From: Camelus ferus
Lineage: Eukaryota
Direction: 5' to 3'
Assembly (NCBI RefSeq): GCF_009834535.1
Contig: NC_045696.1
Span: forward strand, 92,940,001-93,004,000
Length of the DNA: 64,000 bases
Below are positions 1-13,836 of this stretch, piece by piece. How positions within the stretch are numbered: position 1 is the stretch's first letter; each line of letters starts with the position of its first letter. The position numbers and the translations under genes are program-made. The notes below the pieces were generated by a model. It did not search any database. It saw only the letters and a program-made list of their open reading frames with translations, and was not told the origin of the DNA.

Positions 1-1169
1 TTGGGCAACTTAGCTCACATGCCCACCCCTGAGCTGATCACCATGGCCTTGGGTATGTGTCCTTCTTGGAGCAGTAATTTTGCAAGGGTAGGGATAATAT
101 TGGCATGCCAATGCCAATGAGAACTTAACCCTGGAACTGGCACCAAGGTCAGCCCCTCTGAAACTGCATATTGGAGGGGCAGAATGGAGAACCGGGGAGA
201 CAACCAAGATGGCAGTTGCTGCATTACTGCCCTTACAGTTTATCATACAGTTTTGAATTTTCTTAAACATTTCTATAAATAGCAGTAAGCCTCTTCCCTT
301 CCTCTCTTCTCCTCCAGCCTCTTATTTTCAGCCACATGAATGTCTGTAAGATCACATTCAGTTAGCCCAGTCTGATTTCTGCCTCTTATCCCTGGTGAAC
401 TCTCTTTGGCTGATCTGAGCCATCACTTCCCCTTATGCTTTTGGAGAAGCTTTTGCCCCATCCTAGATCATTCCAACTGGAAAGGCCACAGTGGGTCTTG
501 GAGATCTTTGAAGAAACAAATCAAGCCCATCTTTCTTTTTATGAAAGTGATCCTAGTGGTAATTTCCCCATCAGGTAAGATGGCAAGGGACCTCAACTTT
601 CAGAGCTGTAGTGGAACAAGACTCATCCTCCTTTTACTTATTTTTTACTTTCCCTAAAATCTGGCTGACTGCGAGAATGCATTAGACTTGCATAAAGTAA
701 ATGGAGCCTGCAACTTTAATAAGCTGGACTATGAAGTGTTAAGGGTTTTAACCCTGCTGTTGGGTTAGGTTTTAAAATAAGATTTTCCTTCAGTGGGCAA
801 GTGAAGACAAGCCACTGTTGAGACAAGCCCATCTGTGTCAGATACATATGCATGTTTAGATGCAAGGCTGAGAATGTGCTGCGGGATTCAGGACAGCACG
901 TCACTGCAGCTCCTTCTTCCCGGGTCGTCACTCAGCAGGGCAGCACTGTGTTCTTCTTGTGCCGTCTTTTCCCCGGAGATCCCGGCAGTGAAATACAAAT
1001 GAAATTCTCATCCTTCATGCTGGAAGAACTAGTGAGCTCAAGAAAGATGCCTGCCTTCCTGAGAGTTCTTGAATTCACTCCTTTCTCTAAATCCCAGCTG
1101 CGGCCATCTGGATAACCTTAATTATTCCCCAAATGGACTTTTCTAGCTCTTCTGCTGTCCCGCTCCCTC

Positions 1170-2290
1170 TCGTCTCTCAGTTACACTACTACCATAGTGA
1201 TGTTGCAGATTTGTGCGTCGATCATGTCATTCTCCTATTTTAAACCATTCAAAGGCTCTTCATAGTTTAGAAGATAAAGTTCAAATTTAAGCTATAGCCC
1301 AAAATATCCTTTGTCCATGATCTGACCCCTGCTCTGACACATCCACTCATGCACGTGTGTATAGTTCCTGGAAGGTTCCATGTTCCTAGCACTTGGCCTT
1401 TGTGTTTGCTCTTTCCTTGGCCACAACACACTTCCCCTTCCTCACCTCACATAGGTAATGTCTACCTATCTTCTGGCTTGAAGTCCTCCTTGATCCTCAA
1501 GTCTGGGCATGTTGCCTTCCCATGCCATCAGGCAGTGCCCTGAACTTTGCCCATCATAGTCTTATAGTGAGTTAAGATCATTTGTCTCCACCGTAAGAGT
1601 GTAAGCCCATTGAGGACAGAGTCTGCATCTCTCTTGTTTGCTTTCTCCCTTGTATGCATGTCAAGTTCCCAGCACAAGTTCTGACCCGTGAATTCAATGA
1701 AAGATGTGCTGATGCTCAAGAAGTCAGTATGGACACATATTTGTGTACATTCCTCTTCTACATAGAGGGAATGCAGAGTGGGGCAGGGGAGCAAGCCAGA
1801 GAGGAGACTTCGAGCTACACAGTTTTATCACCAACTAGCTTTGTAACTTTGGGTACATTAACTAACCTTGCCATACTTTGATTTTTATTATCTGCAAAAT
1901 TGGGATTTTAATTATACTGATGTCCATGGGTGGTTGTATACACTGAGAATATATGTAGTGCACTCAGTATGCTCCTTGGGGCATAGTAGGTGCCCACTGA
2001 ATAGGATGACCCTGTTCCTCAACTTGCCTGGGAGAGCCCCGCTTTATCCCTATTGTCCCAGCGTAATTATTGTAAGTGCCCCATTTCACTCTTAGTCCTG
2101 ATTTGGACAATAAATAACATGGCCCATCTGAGTTCCTTTCTGGTTTTAGGAGGTTAATTGGTCCCCTCCTCCCCCACCTCACAGATAAGAGAACTGAGGT
2201 CAAGAGAAGGGCCTTTGCCAAAGGACCTGTAGCTACTTGGTGGCAGAACTGGATCTCCTGACTTGGAGGGCAGAGTTACTTCTGTGACCA
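1170..2290. mobile_element. Cluster of ancient L2 and MIR fragments
   Basis: L2 3'-end-like text (gtaagcccattgaggacagagtc...agcaca...aatgaaagatg) and MIR core-like text (actagctttgtaactttggg...tctgcaaaattggg; acagataagagaactgagg). Confidence 0.55.
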
Positions 2291-3413
2291 CATCTGTCTG
2301 CCTTCTTAATTCCAGGGTTTTTGAATAGTTAGTGATCAGTGTTAACAGATCTTCAATGGCAGTCAATACATACAAACCAGTCAACGAAAATTACCCTGTA
2401 AACCTGCTACTCACCCTCCTCCAGCATTGTCTGAACTGCCTCTTTCCCCAGCCCAGTTCTCATTCTTCCCCCTCCTCACCCCAAACTGCATCTTTAATTA
2501 TTCGCTATGGATATATGTAGATGCTCTCCCTGACCTTTTGATTTTAGTGGTTTTGCTCACCCACGTTTATTGCACTTCCATGATTATCTCTGTTCAGCTG
2601 GAAGTCCTGGGAGGTCGGGGCCTGTTGGCCTCTCCTTACGTCATGTAATTAGCAGTGAATCACCTAATCATATTTTTAGGGATAACAATTGGATAAGAGT
2701 CTAAACCTTTTCAGCGAGGTGGCCTTTCTGTCCCCTTGGAGTATGGAGAGCTCTAGCCTGGAAAAGTAATTCAGTGAGGAGGAATGCAGAGGCCACAGCA
2801 CCTCTTTCCAGTGCTCGCCACAGAGGGAGTGATTTCAGTGAGCAGATAAGCTTTGTTGTAGTTTACTCAGTGAAGGAAAGAAAAACACTCTTACTACCTC
2901 CTAGATATACTTGGATTTTACTTATTTTTTAACATTTCCAAATTCCAAATAGCAGTATTCCATCAATGCGGTTACTTTTTTTTATTCACTGAATTGGCTC
3001 TTAATGACTTCTGGCCATTTTTAAAAAATTAAATCTGCTTTTAACTAAAGATGATTTATTCCCCCTTAGGGCATTCAAAAGAATACACTGGCTGTGGAGA
3101 GCCTTGTGAACGGGCCCTGGAGAGGCCTGCGTGTCTGGGTGTTTCCGAGAGGGCCCAGATCCCAACTTTGGGAAGGTGTTGGCAGTTGCCATCTCCTGGC
3201 TGGGGCCCGGGCCTCTCTGTGCAGTGTCCCCCCTCCATCCCCACCAAGAGAGAAAGAGCCACTTTGGGGAAGTAGGTGGGGTGGAGCAGGAGGAGCTGAA
3301 CAGGACCTGCTCCCTGCCCACCTAGAGTCAGAAGGAGGGAGGGACCCTGCCAGAACTAAGAAAGAGACAAAAGCAAAGAAGACAAATAGTCATATTATAC
3401 TTTATTTTCTCAG

Positions 3414-3485
3414 CATCCAGATGTGAAGGAGAGTGGAAAGAAAGCACATGGACGATCCCTCATGACCAACTTTGGAAAACATAAG
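3414..3485 (+). CDS. PLCH1: PLCH1 internal exon (X/Y linker), HPDVKESGKKAHGRSLMTNFGKHK
   Basis: Pyrimidine tract + CAG acceptor and GTAGG donor; 72 nt, phase 0/0. Translation matches the PLC-eta1 linker as I recall it. Upstream exons lie outside the window. Confidence 0.93.
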
Positions 3486-3559
3486 GTAGGAATTAAGAGC
3501 GATAAATGTATATGATTCAGTTAATGTAAAGAGTCTGGAAGGTAACAGGAGAATAGCAC

Positions 3560-4575
3560 CTTGACCTTGGAATAACTGAAGATTTCCTAAACAGGAACCT
3601 AGAAAAGGAGAAAGTTGATGATTAAACTACTTTAAAATTTAAGAACATCTGTTCATCAAAAGTATCAAAGAGCAAATAGCATACTGGGAAAGGATATTTT
3701 CAATACACCTACCTGACAAAGGACTTGTGTCTTGAATATATAAAGAATTTCTACCAAAAGAAAAAAAAAAAAAACAGGGACCCAAAATTTTAAAAAATGG
3801 GCAAAAGGCTTACATGCGCTTCACAAAAGAAGATACCCAGGTGGCTAATATGGAGAAGGTCCTCACTGTCATCAATCCTCTGGGAAACAGAAACTAAAAC
3901 AACGGTGAGATTCCACATCCACCCACCACAACAGCGAACACAGAGGCTGACAACCCTGTTTGTCAGAGAGGATGTTGGGCAACTTGAACTCTCATAAAGT
4001 GCTAACGGGAACCTTCATTTGTGCAGCTGCTTCACACTGTTTCACAGTATCGACTAAAGCCACACTGTGAACTGTATCTTACCAGTTCCATTTTTAGGGA
4101 TGTGCCATGAGACTGAAACAATGATATTTACAGTGGCGTTACTTGTAATACAAACAGGAAACAGTTTGAATGTCCATCGACCATAGAATGAATACAAATT
4201 GTGGTGTATTCATACAGGGCGTATTTATCAGCAGTGAGCATGACAAAATTACAACTTCATGCAATAGTATGAGCTTTATGAACGTGACACTGAGCCAATG
4301 AAGCCAGACTCAAGAGAGTGCATACAGTTTGATTCCATTTATATGAAGTTCCAAAACAGGCCAAAAAAAAAAAAAAAATCTCTGGGATAAAAGGCAAGAT
4401 AAGAGATACCTTTGGGGAGAAGGTGATGACCAAACAGGAGACTCGGAAGGTTTTGGGGGCAGATAATATTCCGTTTCCTCATTTGAGTGGTTTCGCTTTG
4501 TGGAAAGTCATCATGCTGTACACCTATGATTCTTGTACTTTTCTAAACGTTCATGTGATACTTGAATAAAAAGGT
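3560..4575 (+). mobile_element. Old L1 (L1M-type) ORF2 end and 3'UTR
   Basis: Degenerate ORF2 C-terminal text (aaatgggcaaa..., aaaacaacggtgagattccac) plus an L1M 3'UTR ending in aataaaaa. Confidence 0.75.
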
Positions 4576-6422
4576 AGCACATGTTAAATAAAAAATCAGT
4601 TATTAGGTGATGAACTTTCTGCATGAGGTTTCTCTAAGTCCATTTCTTTGGACTTTAAGGATTGCTGTATGTGGAATTTCCTGCCCCATCAATAGCATAA
4701 TTTTTAAAAGGTTGGACAAAGTAGTCATAATAAACTGAAAACAGCCAAAATGTTCTCCCATAAAGACTGGTTAAATAAATCATGATTCACTCACACATTG
4801 GACAATTATGCAGCCATTAAAAGGTGATCTCTCTAAAGAGCTCAACATGCAAAATGTTAAAAAAGATGAAAAATTGGTTCTATGGTATGTTAACCATGAT
4901 GTGTCAAAACTCTATGTCCAGAAAATATATCATCATTTCTCCAAATACCTGTCATTGGTGATTCATTACTTATTTCTACTTTTTGCACTTTATATTTAAA
5001 AATACCTTAAAAAGACAGATTTTTATTGTAATACCTCAGATTACCAGTTATATGTGGAATTGGAGAATATTTCATTTCTTGATTACAACTACTCATTTAA
5101 ATTATTTTCCAAAGTAAATCTTTTAGGAAGTACTTTAGCTACTATAGAATTATAATTTATGATATGTCAAGTCCTAAGAATGAATGTCCACAAGGCTATT
5201 TATAGATTATTTTAGTATCAATAGAATGTGGCTTACAGAATGACTTTCCATGCCATTTCATTTAATCATCACAAAAATACTAATCCTTTAGAATAAGTAT
5301 TACTGCCTGCCCTTTAAAAAATCACAGTAGGAAGCTTGAGAAGTTAGCCAATTTATCTGCTTGGTGAGAGGCCCGTTTGGAACATGAGATCATCAGATAC
5401 TGGGTTCCCACACCATGGACACTGAGGTTCTTGAGGCATAAATAAGACCAGAGAAGTTTCCAGACTAAATTGGTGCCTACTGTCAATACAATAGAGTTGA
5501 GTGTGTTTACGCCAACACTGTAGCTTAATTTTTTATTTGTTGAGAATGAGAAAACTCTGGAAGCTGATGTGGTCCTGTGGTAACGTGGAGATGGAGTCCC
5601 TTTCCTTTTCTAAGCCACGTTCCCCAGATGTCCAGGGTACTCTGTCTAGAAGTCCTCCCTTTGTTTGTAGAAGCTATGTTTTTGGTGGCCAGGTTTTCTT
5701 CAATTAGTAGGGTCCCTCCCCATGATATGTATGGTTGAGATATGTGTTGCCAAATATTGGGGTTATCTCCATTATGGTGGGGACAAAACTGCATGATTCC
5801 TAAGAGGATTTATGTCTATGAGCTGATCAGTCCAGAAGACACCAGATTACTCCTACAGTCTTTCAGCCTGAATGCTGTAGGTAACAATTTCCGTTCTGCT
5901 CTAGAAATTAAAATGGGTCAAAATCTCAAAAGAACAAATTGATTTGAATGGGTTTTGGTGCCCATATTGAAAAGCAGGAATAGTAGTTATTCATTTTAAA
6001 AAATTACTATTTTTTAAAAAAAAATTATATCTACCTTTAATAAGTAAGTCAGTAGGAATAATGAGCTTCCTTTATAAGAGGAAATCCCTTAGAATCATTT
6101 AAATAGATACTACAACTTTGACCCCTACCCCTCTTAGAAACCTTCAATGCATGACTAATAGTTTTTCTAAGATCTGCGTCTTGTGTGGTTTAAAAGTCAG
6201 TATTAGAGCATGAAACCCTCGGGTTCGCCTTAATATTTTAATATAGCTTTGGCCATAGACATGCTTGTTATTGAGGCAAGCTGCAATATTTGGTCAATTT
6301 TTTTCCTCTGAATTACTGTCCTTCTGTGTGTGTGTATTCTAAAGCCCATTTAATTCTCTGTACCTTGTGGATGTGCTGGATGCCGTGAGTCTGTATTAAG
6401 TTCACTCTGATTTTTCTGGCAG

Positions 6423-6514
6423 AAAACCACAAAATCACGGTCTAAATCCTGTAGTACTGAAGACGAGGAGGACACACAGCAGAATCCTGGCAAGGAGACT
6501 GGCCAGCTGTGCAG
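6423..6514 (+). CDS. PLCH1: PLCH1 exon, KTTKSRSKSCSTEDEEDTQQNPGKETGQLC(R)
   Basis: CAG acceptor and GTAAGA donor; 92 nt, phase 0/2; in frame with both neighbouring exons. Confidence 0.94.
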
Positions 6515-8079
6515 GTAAGAAAGCTCTCCACATTTCTTGCTCAGACTCCCAGGGCCTGTCCATCCTCATCAGCGTGGCTGTTTTAGTTGTGTGTGTCTGG
6601 AAAATCAGATCATAAAGTGAAGTGCTCAGTGCAGGGGGCATGTGAAGATCAACTGGGTATGAGGTGGTAATCCTCGTAGGACTTGCTGCTTAGTGCTCAG
6701 TGAGCGCCTAGTGCTAGCTGTACCAGTTGTCAGGTGAAAGGTGTCGTCAGAGGAGAGGGAGTGGCCCTGTGCACTAGTACAGGGGGCTCTCACAGGAGAC
6801 TGAGGAGAAGAGAGATGATAAGCACATGTTATGGGCCAGGGGTATGAAAGCAGCCAGGCTTTAAACTCTTGTTCTTTCAACTTTAATGTGGGGAGGGGTC
6901 AGCTCTTCATTTGGATCTATTTCTTAGGGTCATTGTCAGGATTAAAGGAATTAAACTATTTAGCCTGATGAGCCCTACCCCAGTTAACTAAGTGTTCAAA
7001 AGTATTAGTTGTTATTTTCTTTACTTCTGCCAGCAGAATTCAGGATGAGTAAAATGACCGTAATTTTAGAACCTAAATTGTGACATAGGAGTTAATGTAG
7101 GACTTTCCGGCAGATGATGTACACAGTGTCACAAAAAATTGTAAATTACATCATTCATAAATAGATAGATATACAAACACACATATGCACGTGCATATAT
7201 ACACACCTGTGACTTTATCAAAAGACTGAATTAAACGAAATTGGAAGCATACAGGTCCTATGGGAATGAATAACACTTAGGGTTCAATTAAATTTTAAAT
7301 TTTAGCTTCACTTCAACAGAATGTCCATACATAAAATAGTAACTAATTAGTAAGGGCAAAGGAGATGTTTGTAGTCCCTACACTAAACGTATGGAAAATT
7401 CAATATATAGTTACAGTAAAGGATATAAGAGAAAGAGAATCACCTTCCAGGAGACCTCTGCTGTGAATATTTGCAAATATAAGTTTGAGAAAGGCTCAAC
7501 TCTGAATCATACAGCCAGGGAAGGAACAGTGTTTGAGGAAAGCCACGATAATCTTAATGCGTGCAAGTGAGACATCATTACAGGTATCACATGAAATTGT
7601 GTTGCATGCTGTTCTTAAGTCTATTAGAGATTTGCCCATAGTAATTGTCAAGGCCCAAGAACCTATGATGGTGTCCTTTTGAGACTTCAGTAAATGAATT
7701 CAATCCCAGGATAAGGATTAAAAAAGCTAACTTTAAGCAGAAGTTCTCTGTATTATAGAGTGTCTTCAGAGTTTTACTTGTAATTTCTAGGTATAACATC
7801 ACATTAGAATCATTTGCCTTCATGAAATCAGATTTTCACCAATGGCTATAGAATTTATTAACTGTATGGTAAAGGAGGAACATGGGCTGTTCTAATTGAT
7901 TTTTATAACTGTCTATGTTTATGTATTCTTCCTTGGCAAAATGAGTTGTTGAGACATTTCTTAATTATTTTATTGAATGTATTTAAGTATTAGTATGGTA
8001 AGAATTTTTGTCTGATTTGTTCACTGTTTTACCTCCAATAGGTGCTCAATAAATATTCATTGAGTGAATAAATCTATTT

Positions 8080-8800
8080 CACCTCTCTAATTCCAGAACA
8101 TTTCATCACACCAAAAATAAACTCTACCATAAGCAGCGACTTCCCGTCTTTCTCTCTCCCCCAGTCTCTGGCACCAACTAATACTCTCTGTCTCTATAGA
8201 TTTGCCTTTTCTGGACATTATGTATAAATGGAATCCTACAATATTTGGCCTTTTTTGTCTGACTTCTTTCATTTAGTATAATGATTCCAAGATTCATCCA
8301 TGTTGTAGAATGTATCACTGCTTCATTCCTTTTTATTGTTGAATAATATCCCATTGTATGAATATATTGCATTTTATTTATCCATTCATTCGTTGAAGGA
8401 CATTTAGGTGGTTTTTATTTTTTTGGCTGTTATGAATAATGCTGCTATGAGCACTTATGTGTAAGTTTTTATGTGGACAGACATTTTTCTTTCTCTTGGG
8501 TATGTACTTAGAAGGGGAATTGCTGAGTCACATGGAAACTGTGTAATTTTTTGAGGGACTGCCAAACTATTGTGGCGAAGCAGTCATACCACTTCATATT
8601 CTCCAGCAATGTGTGAGCGTTCCAGTTTCTCCTCAGCCTTGCCAACACATCAACTCTACCTTTTCGGTTACAGCCATCCTAGTAGGTGTGTAGGTATCTC
8701 ACTGTAGTTTTGGTTTGCATTTCCCTAACGACTAATGCTGTTGAGCATATTTCATATTCTGGTTGGTTGGTCATTTGTGTATTTTCTTTGGTGAGGATTG
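8080..8800 (-). mobile_element. Old L1 (L1MA/MB-type) 3' fragment
   Basis: ORFs 8087-8372 (YIHTMGYYSTIKRNE...TWMNL..IILNERSQT) are the L1 ORF2 tail. Confidence 0.85.
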
Positions 8801-9434
8801 GCGTTTTGGTGGTTAGATGTTCCCCTGAAGGGTAGAAGTGTGTCTGTGAGAAGAACGTGATAGTCTGTGGAAAACTGTACTGTGGTAAAGAGTGGTGGTA
8901 GAACTTGTACAGCTGTAGAGGAGACCCTGGGAGTGGTTTATAGGACAGAGAGAGCAAAGAATGGCTGTTTTATGAAAGTTGAAGACTAGGAAAATCATAA
9001 AGAAGAAATAAAAATCACTTGGAATTACACCTCTAAAAGATAATGACTATGGAAAGTTTGGTGTATTTCTCTTAAGATACATAATTCTTGTGTCCCACAA
9101 TGCAATGAGTCTATTCCTTTTTAGTCCAGGTTCTCCTCCATTAGTCCAGGTCAAAGTGGAGTGGTTCCCTAGTAAGCTCCGGTGTTACTCCATCATGGGG
9201 TAATGGTGGAAATTAAGCCCTTCGCAGTAGAACTCACAAATTCAGAAGAGATTCCTGGCAGAGCAGTGAATAAAACCACATGAGTAGGGTGTTGTGGAGA
9301 GAATGCTGAACTAAAAATCACACTTGGGTTCTCATCCTGGCTCCATCAGGAGCAGGCAGGGAAGGCAGAGTAACCGAAAGCCCAAACCTCTTCCAGCTCT
9401 AAAATGTCATGAGTCCTGGGTGTGTATCTTACAG

Positions 9435-9532
9435 GTTGGGTCGCCGAAGGAAAACCATGAAGCTTTGTCGAGAGCTCTCCGATTTGGTTGTGTACACAAA
9501 CTCTGTGGCAGCCCAGGACATTGTGGATGATG
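9435..9532 (+). CDS. PLCH1: PLCH1 exon, start of Y domain (LGRRRKTMKLCRELSDLVVYTNSVAAQDIVDD)
   Basis: CAG/GTAAG boundaries; 98 nt, phase 2/1; contains the PI-PLC Y-box start ELSDLVVY. Confidence 0.97.
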
Positions 9533-10644
9533 GTAAGGGCTGAGTGCTTCTTCTGGCTAAACATTCTTGACCTTCCTTTGTCAATTATTAATTAGTCATT
9601 TGTCAGTCTGATCATTGGCACACATTTTGGAATTGTGCAGAGTCCAGGAAACTGATGGCTGGCATAACACTTAGCTCCCCTGGAGGGATTTATTGATTAC
9701 TTTGGTTGCCTAATTGGCTAGAGAAATTTTCCCACAGGGCAAAGGAGGACCTTGTTATTATTAAAAAGACAAATGTATCAGAGCAAGGTCTTCCCAGTGT
9801 TTGAGCTCTGGAGACTTGACCTGGTTTGGGGGCCGGATAGCAGATGGCCATTCCAAGTACGAATGGCCTGAAGAAAGAAGAAATTAATTGGCTAAAATAA
9901 CATCTTAAAATGCCCCATGTTTTCTCATTGAAAATTTTGACCTTGGTGAAAACAATTTAATCCATAGATTGAAATCTTAACAGAAAGAACAGAAATTTCA
10001 GAAGCCTTGACTCTTTCACAGTTGTTCACCCATCAGTTGCCATATACGGAGTTGAGAAATTCTAGTCACGATTATTCTGACCCTGACTTTCCTGTTTGCT
10101 GCTCTTTCTCTTTATCCTCTTCCCTCTTCATCTATATTTTGTTCAGTTACTGAATATTTATGAAAATAAACCACAGTCAGGTGGGTTTAAGTATAATTTT
10201 AATTTTAGCGGAAGCGAAATATAAATCAGAGCCTCCCATTTTCTCGTGTCTCAATGGAGGGAAGACATCGTGCTGAATCTTACGTCCTTACAGACCTCCA
10301 CGATTCTTCCCTCTGATCTCTTTTTTCCCCTATTTCTTTCTCTGCCTCCTCAGATTTTTCTTTCCTTTGGTGTTGATTTTTTCTTTAAATGGTGACAATT
10401 TAAAAAAAATATAAATTAATTTCACATGTGAGAACATGAGAACTTGTAGGATTCTCAGCAAATGACTATCATTCTTATCATAACTGCCCAAGAATAAACT
10501 CAGAAAGTAGTTTAATGGAGTTAAAGGTATATTTGGTTTATAGAAATATAATTTCTAATACATACTGTAGGAAATCAATCCTATTAGCTTAATGGAAAAT
10601 AATGTTGAGTACCATTTAGTTCTTGAACTTCAGCTGTTTTGTCT

Positions 10645-10667
10645 TGTGTGTGTGTGTGTGTGTGTGT
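10645..10667. repeat. (TG)n microsatellite
   Basis: Read directly from the sequence. Confidence 0.95.
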
Positions 10668-12281
10668 ATATTTTACTTAGCCACAAAATGAGCAATAGAT
10701 AATGAATGCATGGCTTATCTAATGCAAAGTAACTCAACTCTATTAATATACTAATTGACATGTGCATAATTAGCTAGGTCATCTTATTGATAATGTTGTG
10801 CATAATTTATGTGGAGAGACAGAGAAAACAGTGGCACTGATTATTTCATCTGAATGCGGTTTGTCAAAAAGACTATTTTCTCCTATCATGTTCAAAGTAT
10901 CCCTCATCCAAATCTATAAAAAAAAGGTCATTTTTAGTACGCTTGAAACATGTAAACTATGCTAATAAGTTATGACAGTAAGATGTATATGGTAAGGAAA
11001 GAGACTATATGAGGGAAATCATTGGATTAAAAACTGTAATTCTCTAATTTCTTTGCTCCCACTGTTCCACGTTCCAGCTCTAGAGTGTAATTGCTAGTCA
11101 TTTGTCCTGTGATTAATACCTAAGGGTGCCCAACCCTGAGGACCACAGGGGCCCTGGGAGACTGTGTGAGCGAATAAACATGCACAATCTGGATACAATC
11201 CAGGTCCCGTTGGCCCAGCAAGGCTGTAATTGAACTCCTTGATTTCATGGGCCATGCCCCTCAGTCTGGGTTCAGACCCCCTCAACTTATCAGAGTCCAC
11301 ATTGGAATGAGAATGAGAATCTGGGCATGTTTGGATCTTTATCTAGGCTGGTCTCTTCCAACAGGTCCAGGTGAAATTTGGGTGGTCATTCGAGGGTGGA
11401 GTATGGATGGCTGGTGAAGGGGTTGGAGTGGTGGGGCACTATAGATGTAGAGCAAAAGATAGTGCTGGGGGAAAAGGGTAGGATATTAAATATTTGGAGG
11501 CTTTCTCCATCATGACCCTGTAATTTGTAGCTTCCTTGGTCCTGAATTAACCCTTTCTAGTGATGCTCCAAGCAGAAACTTTAATATAGGCTTCCTGTTC
11601 TTTTATCTTCCTTTATTTTTCCATTATAAACCTGGCTAGGTGGATAACTGTTCCTGTTTCTGAAACTTTTATTTCTTTATAATGTTCTTTTTCCATTATT
11701 ATTCCTTTCTCCCAAATAGGTTTTGACTGATTTCACTACTCTATTCAAATTAATTAAAAAACCCAATTTCCTGTTTCGGAATTGGCCTTTTCCCTTTATT
11801 TTCTTGAACTCTGAATGCTATCAATTTATTTCATGTGTGTGCTTTTCAGATGAATGCCTTCAGGGAATGTCTCCCTTTTATCAGGATTGAGTTTCATAGT
11901 TTTATTTATCCACAGATGTCTTGATCTTTGACAAAGATAGTCTTTTTGAATCACACCCTAGAAAATAATTTCCCTGTCTGCCCCCTCCATACTAGCCAGA
12001 TAGATGTGAATTAGTGAGATGATGGAATTCTTGGGGGAACACGGGACCCAGAAGTAGGCAGTTATCTGAGCAAGATGAGCAGCTCTGATCTGGAATGGCG
12101 AAGAGTCCCAAGAGTGGAATTTTATAGATCTTTCTTGCTCAGGCGCTGTGCCTGCTCTGGGTGAATTCACTCTCTTGCTCTGCTTCTTACTGTAATTGGA
12201 CATCGTTATAAGGTCTTTTGTGAGTGATGTTTTCTTTGCTACAGTTCTCACTTTTCTGTTTTCTTTATTAAAAATCGCCAG

Positions 12282-12462
12282 GAACCACAGGAAATGTGTT
12301 ATCATTCAGCGAAACAAGAGCACATCAGGTGGTTCAGCAGAAATCAGAGCAGTTCATGATTTATAACCAAAAGCAGCTCACGAGGATTTATCCCTCCGCC
12401 TTACCGCATCGATTCCAGTAACTTCAACCCGCTGCCCTACTGGAACGCAGGTTGCCAGCTAG
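12282..12462 (+). CDS. PLCH1: PLCH1 Y-domain exon (SFSETRAH...TRIYPSA/YRIDSSNFNPLPYWNAGCQL), with a +1 frameshift at about 12401
   Basis: Canonical Y-box motifs with CAG/GTGTGT boundaries. It is 181 nt where a phase 1/1 exon needs 180; GCC TTAC CGC carries one extra T. Confidence 0.95.
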
Positions 12463-12553
12463 GTGTGTATGCCTCAGCAGGGAGCTGTTCTCTTTGTGTC
12501 TTGACTCTATGAGGCCGTCTTGCCTAATTCTCTTCAACTTTGAACTTGCACAG

Positions 12554-12661
12554 TGGCGCTGAACTACCAGTCTGAAGGGCGAATGATGCAGTTAAATCGA
12601 GCCAAATTCAAGACAAATGGCAATTGCGGCTACGTCCTCAAACCCCAGCAGATGTGCAAAG
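12554..12661 (+). CDS. PLCH1: PLCH1 exon, end of Y domain (VALNYQSEGRMMQLNRAKFKTNGNCGYVLKPQQMCK)
   Basis: Follows a 91-nt intron; 108 nt, phase 1/1; VALNxQ and GYVLKP motifs. Confidence 0.97.
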
Positions 12662-13601
12662 GTGTGTGTTAATTTTATGGTCGTATCTCTGAATGCAAGA
12701 GACCTCTGTTGAAGGCGCTCTCTGGAAAATGTGATGCCCCAGGGTTTTGCAACATGATTTTTAAAAAAGAGATACATTAAGGTATCGGAATGTAAATAAA
12801 GAACTCATCACCACTGTTTAATATTTGGGTAGCATGATGTTTAGCGTGTTCTCTTGTGACGTCATGCACTTAAAGAGGGACATGGGTAATAGCAGTGGAT
12901 TGTCACCTGAAATCCAGTGGTCCAGCGTGATATTCGCTGGGCATTACTTACAAATTGAATGCTTTCAGAAACTCTCCAAGGGAGTATGAGTCTGAGACCA
13001 GCCTGGCAGAGTGATAATGCCACCTGAAATAATTTTATCACGCCCTTTTAGTCAGTTTATTCCAATTGCTAACAACAAAAAAGACAATGCTGTGTTGGGA
13101 TCCAAAAACACTTCCTTTGGGTTCTGCTCATTGAAATTTTTTTAAAGTTTTCAATTTGGATTTTTAAACAGTTCAGGTAAAGAAAAGCTGTTGACATGTG
13201 TCTTCAGAATGTTAATGCTTTGCATGTTTTCTTGCTCTGCTGTTTACTTAATTTCAGGTCTTTTTTTCTGCTTGTTATATTCCCTCTATACTTGAGATAG
13301 TTTAGGTTAGAAAATTATGTGAATCTAACATAACCACTCTCCTTCTCTGTCTACTGTGGCATTCAAATAGAATCTTCCTCTTCCCCCCTGCCACGGTTGA
13401 TAATTGCATCCCAGACACTTGCTTTAAATTGGCCCTTTCCTCTGGCCTTTGGGAGCATGCATTCTAACAAAAAACATAGCTATAGAAATGCCAGCTGGCA
13501 TTGCCTTCAGGCAAAAGCTGCACTGTTACGTGATGATTTCTTTGCTTTAAGAAAACGGTAGTTATTCAGCATTTATTGTTTCTTTGTCCTTCAAGCTTAA
13601 G

Positions 13602-13602
<1 letters not shown>

Positions 13603-13650
<48 letters not shown>
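13603..13650. repeat. (TG)24 microsatellite
   Basis: Read directly; ends about 60 nt upstream of the 13712 acceptor. Confidence 0.97.
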
Positions 13651-13655
<5 letters not shown>

Positions 13656-13711
13656 TTGTGTTTTCCCCTGTGACTGACCTTTGATTTTAACCTCTGCTTT
13701 ATTTGGCTTAG

Positions 13712-13836
13712 GTACTTTCAACCCTTTCTCTGGTGATCCACTTCCTGCCAACCCCAAAAAGCAGCTCATCCTGAAAGTGATCAGTGGACAACAGCTCCCC
13801 AAACCTCCAGACTCTATGTTTGGAGACCGAGGCGAG
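13712..13836 (+). CDS. PLCH1: PLCH1 exon, start of C2 domain (TFNPFSGDPLPANPKKQLILKVISGQQLPKPPDSMFGDRGE)
   Basis: TAG/GTAAAC boundaries; 125 nt, phase 1/0; VISGQQLP C2 motif. Confidence 0.97.

Noticed and set aside
2812..2832. CTCF-like motif gccacagagggagtg
   Set aside because: Several mismatches in the core; expected by chance.
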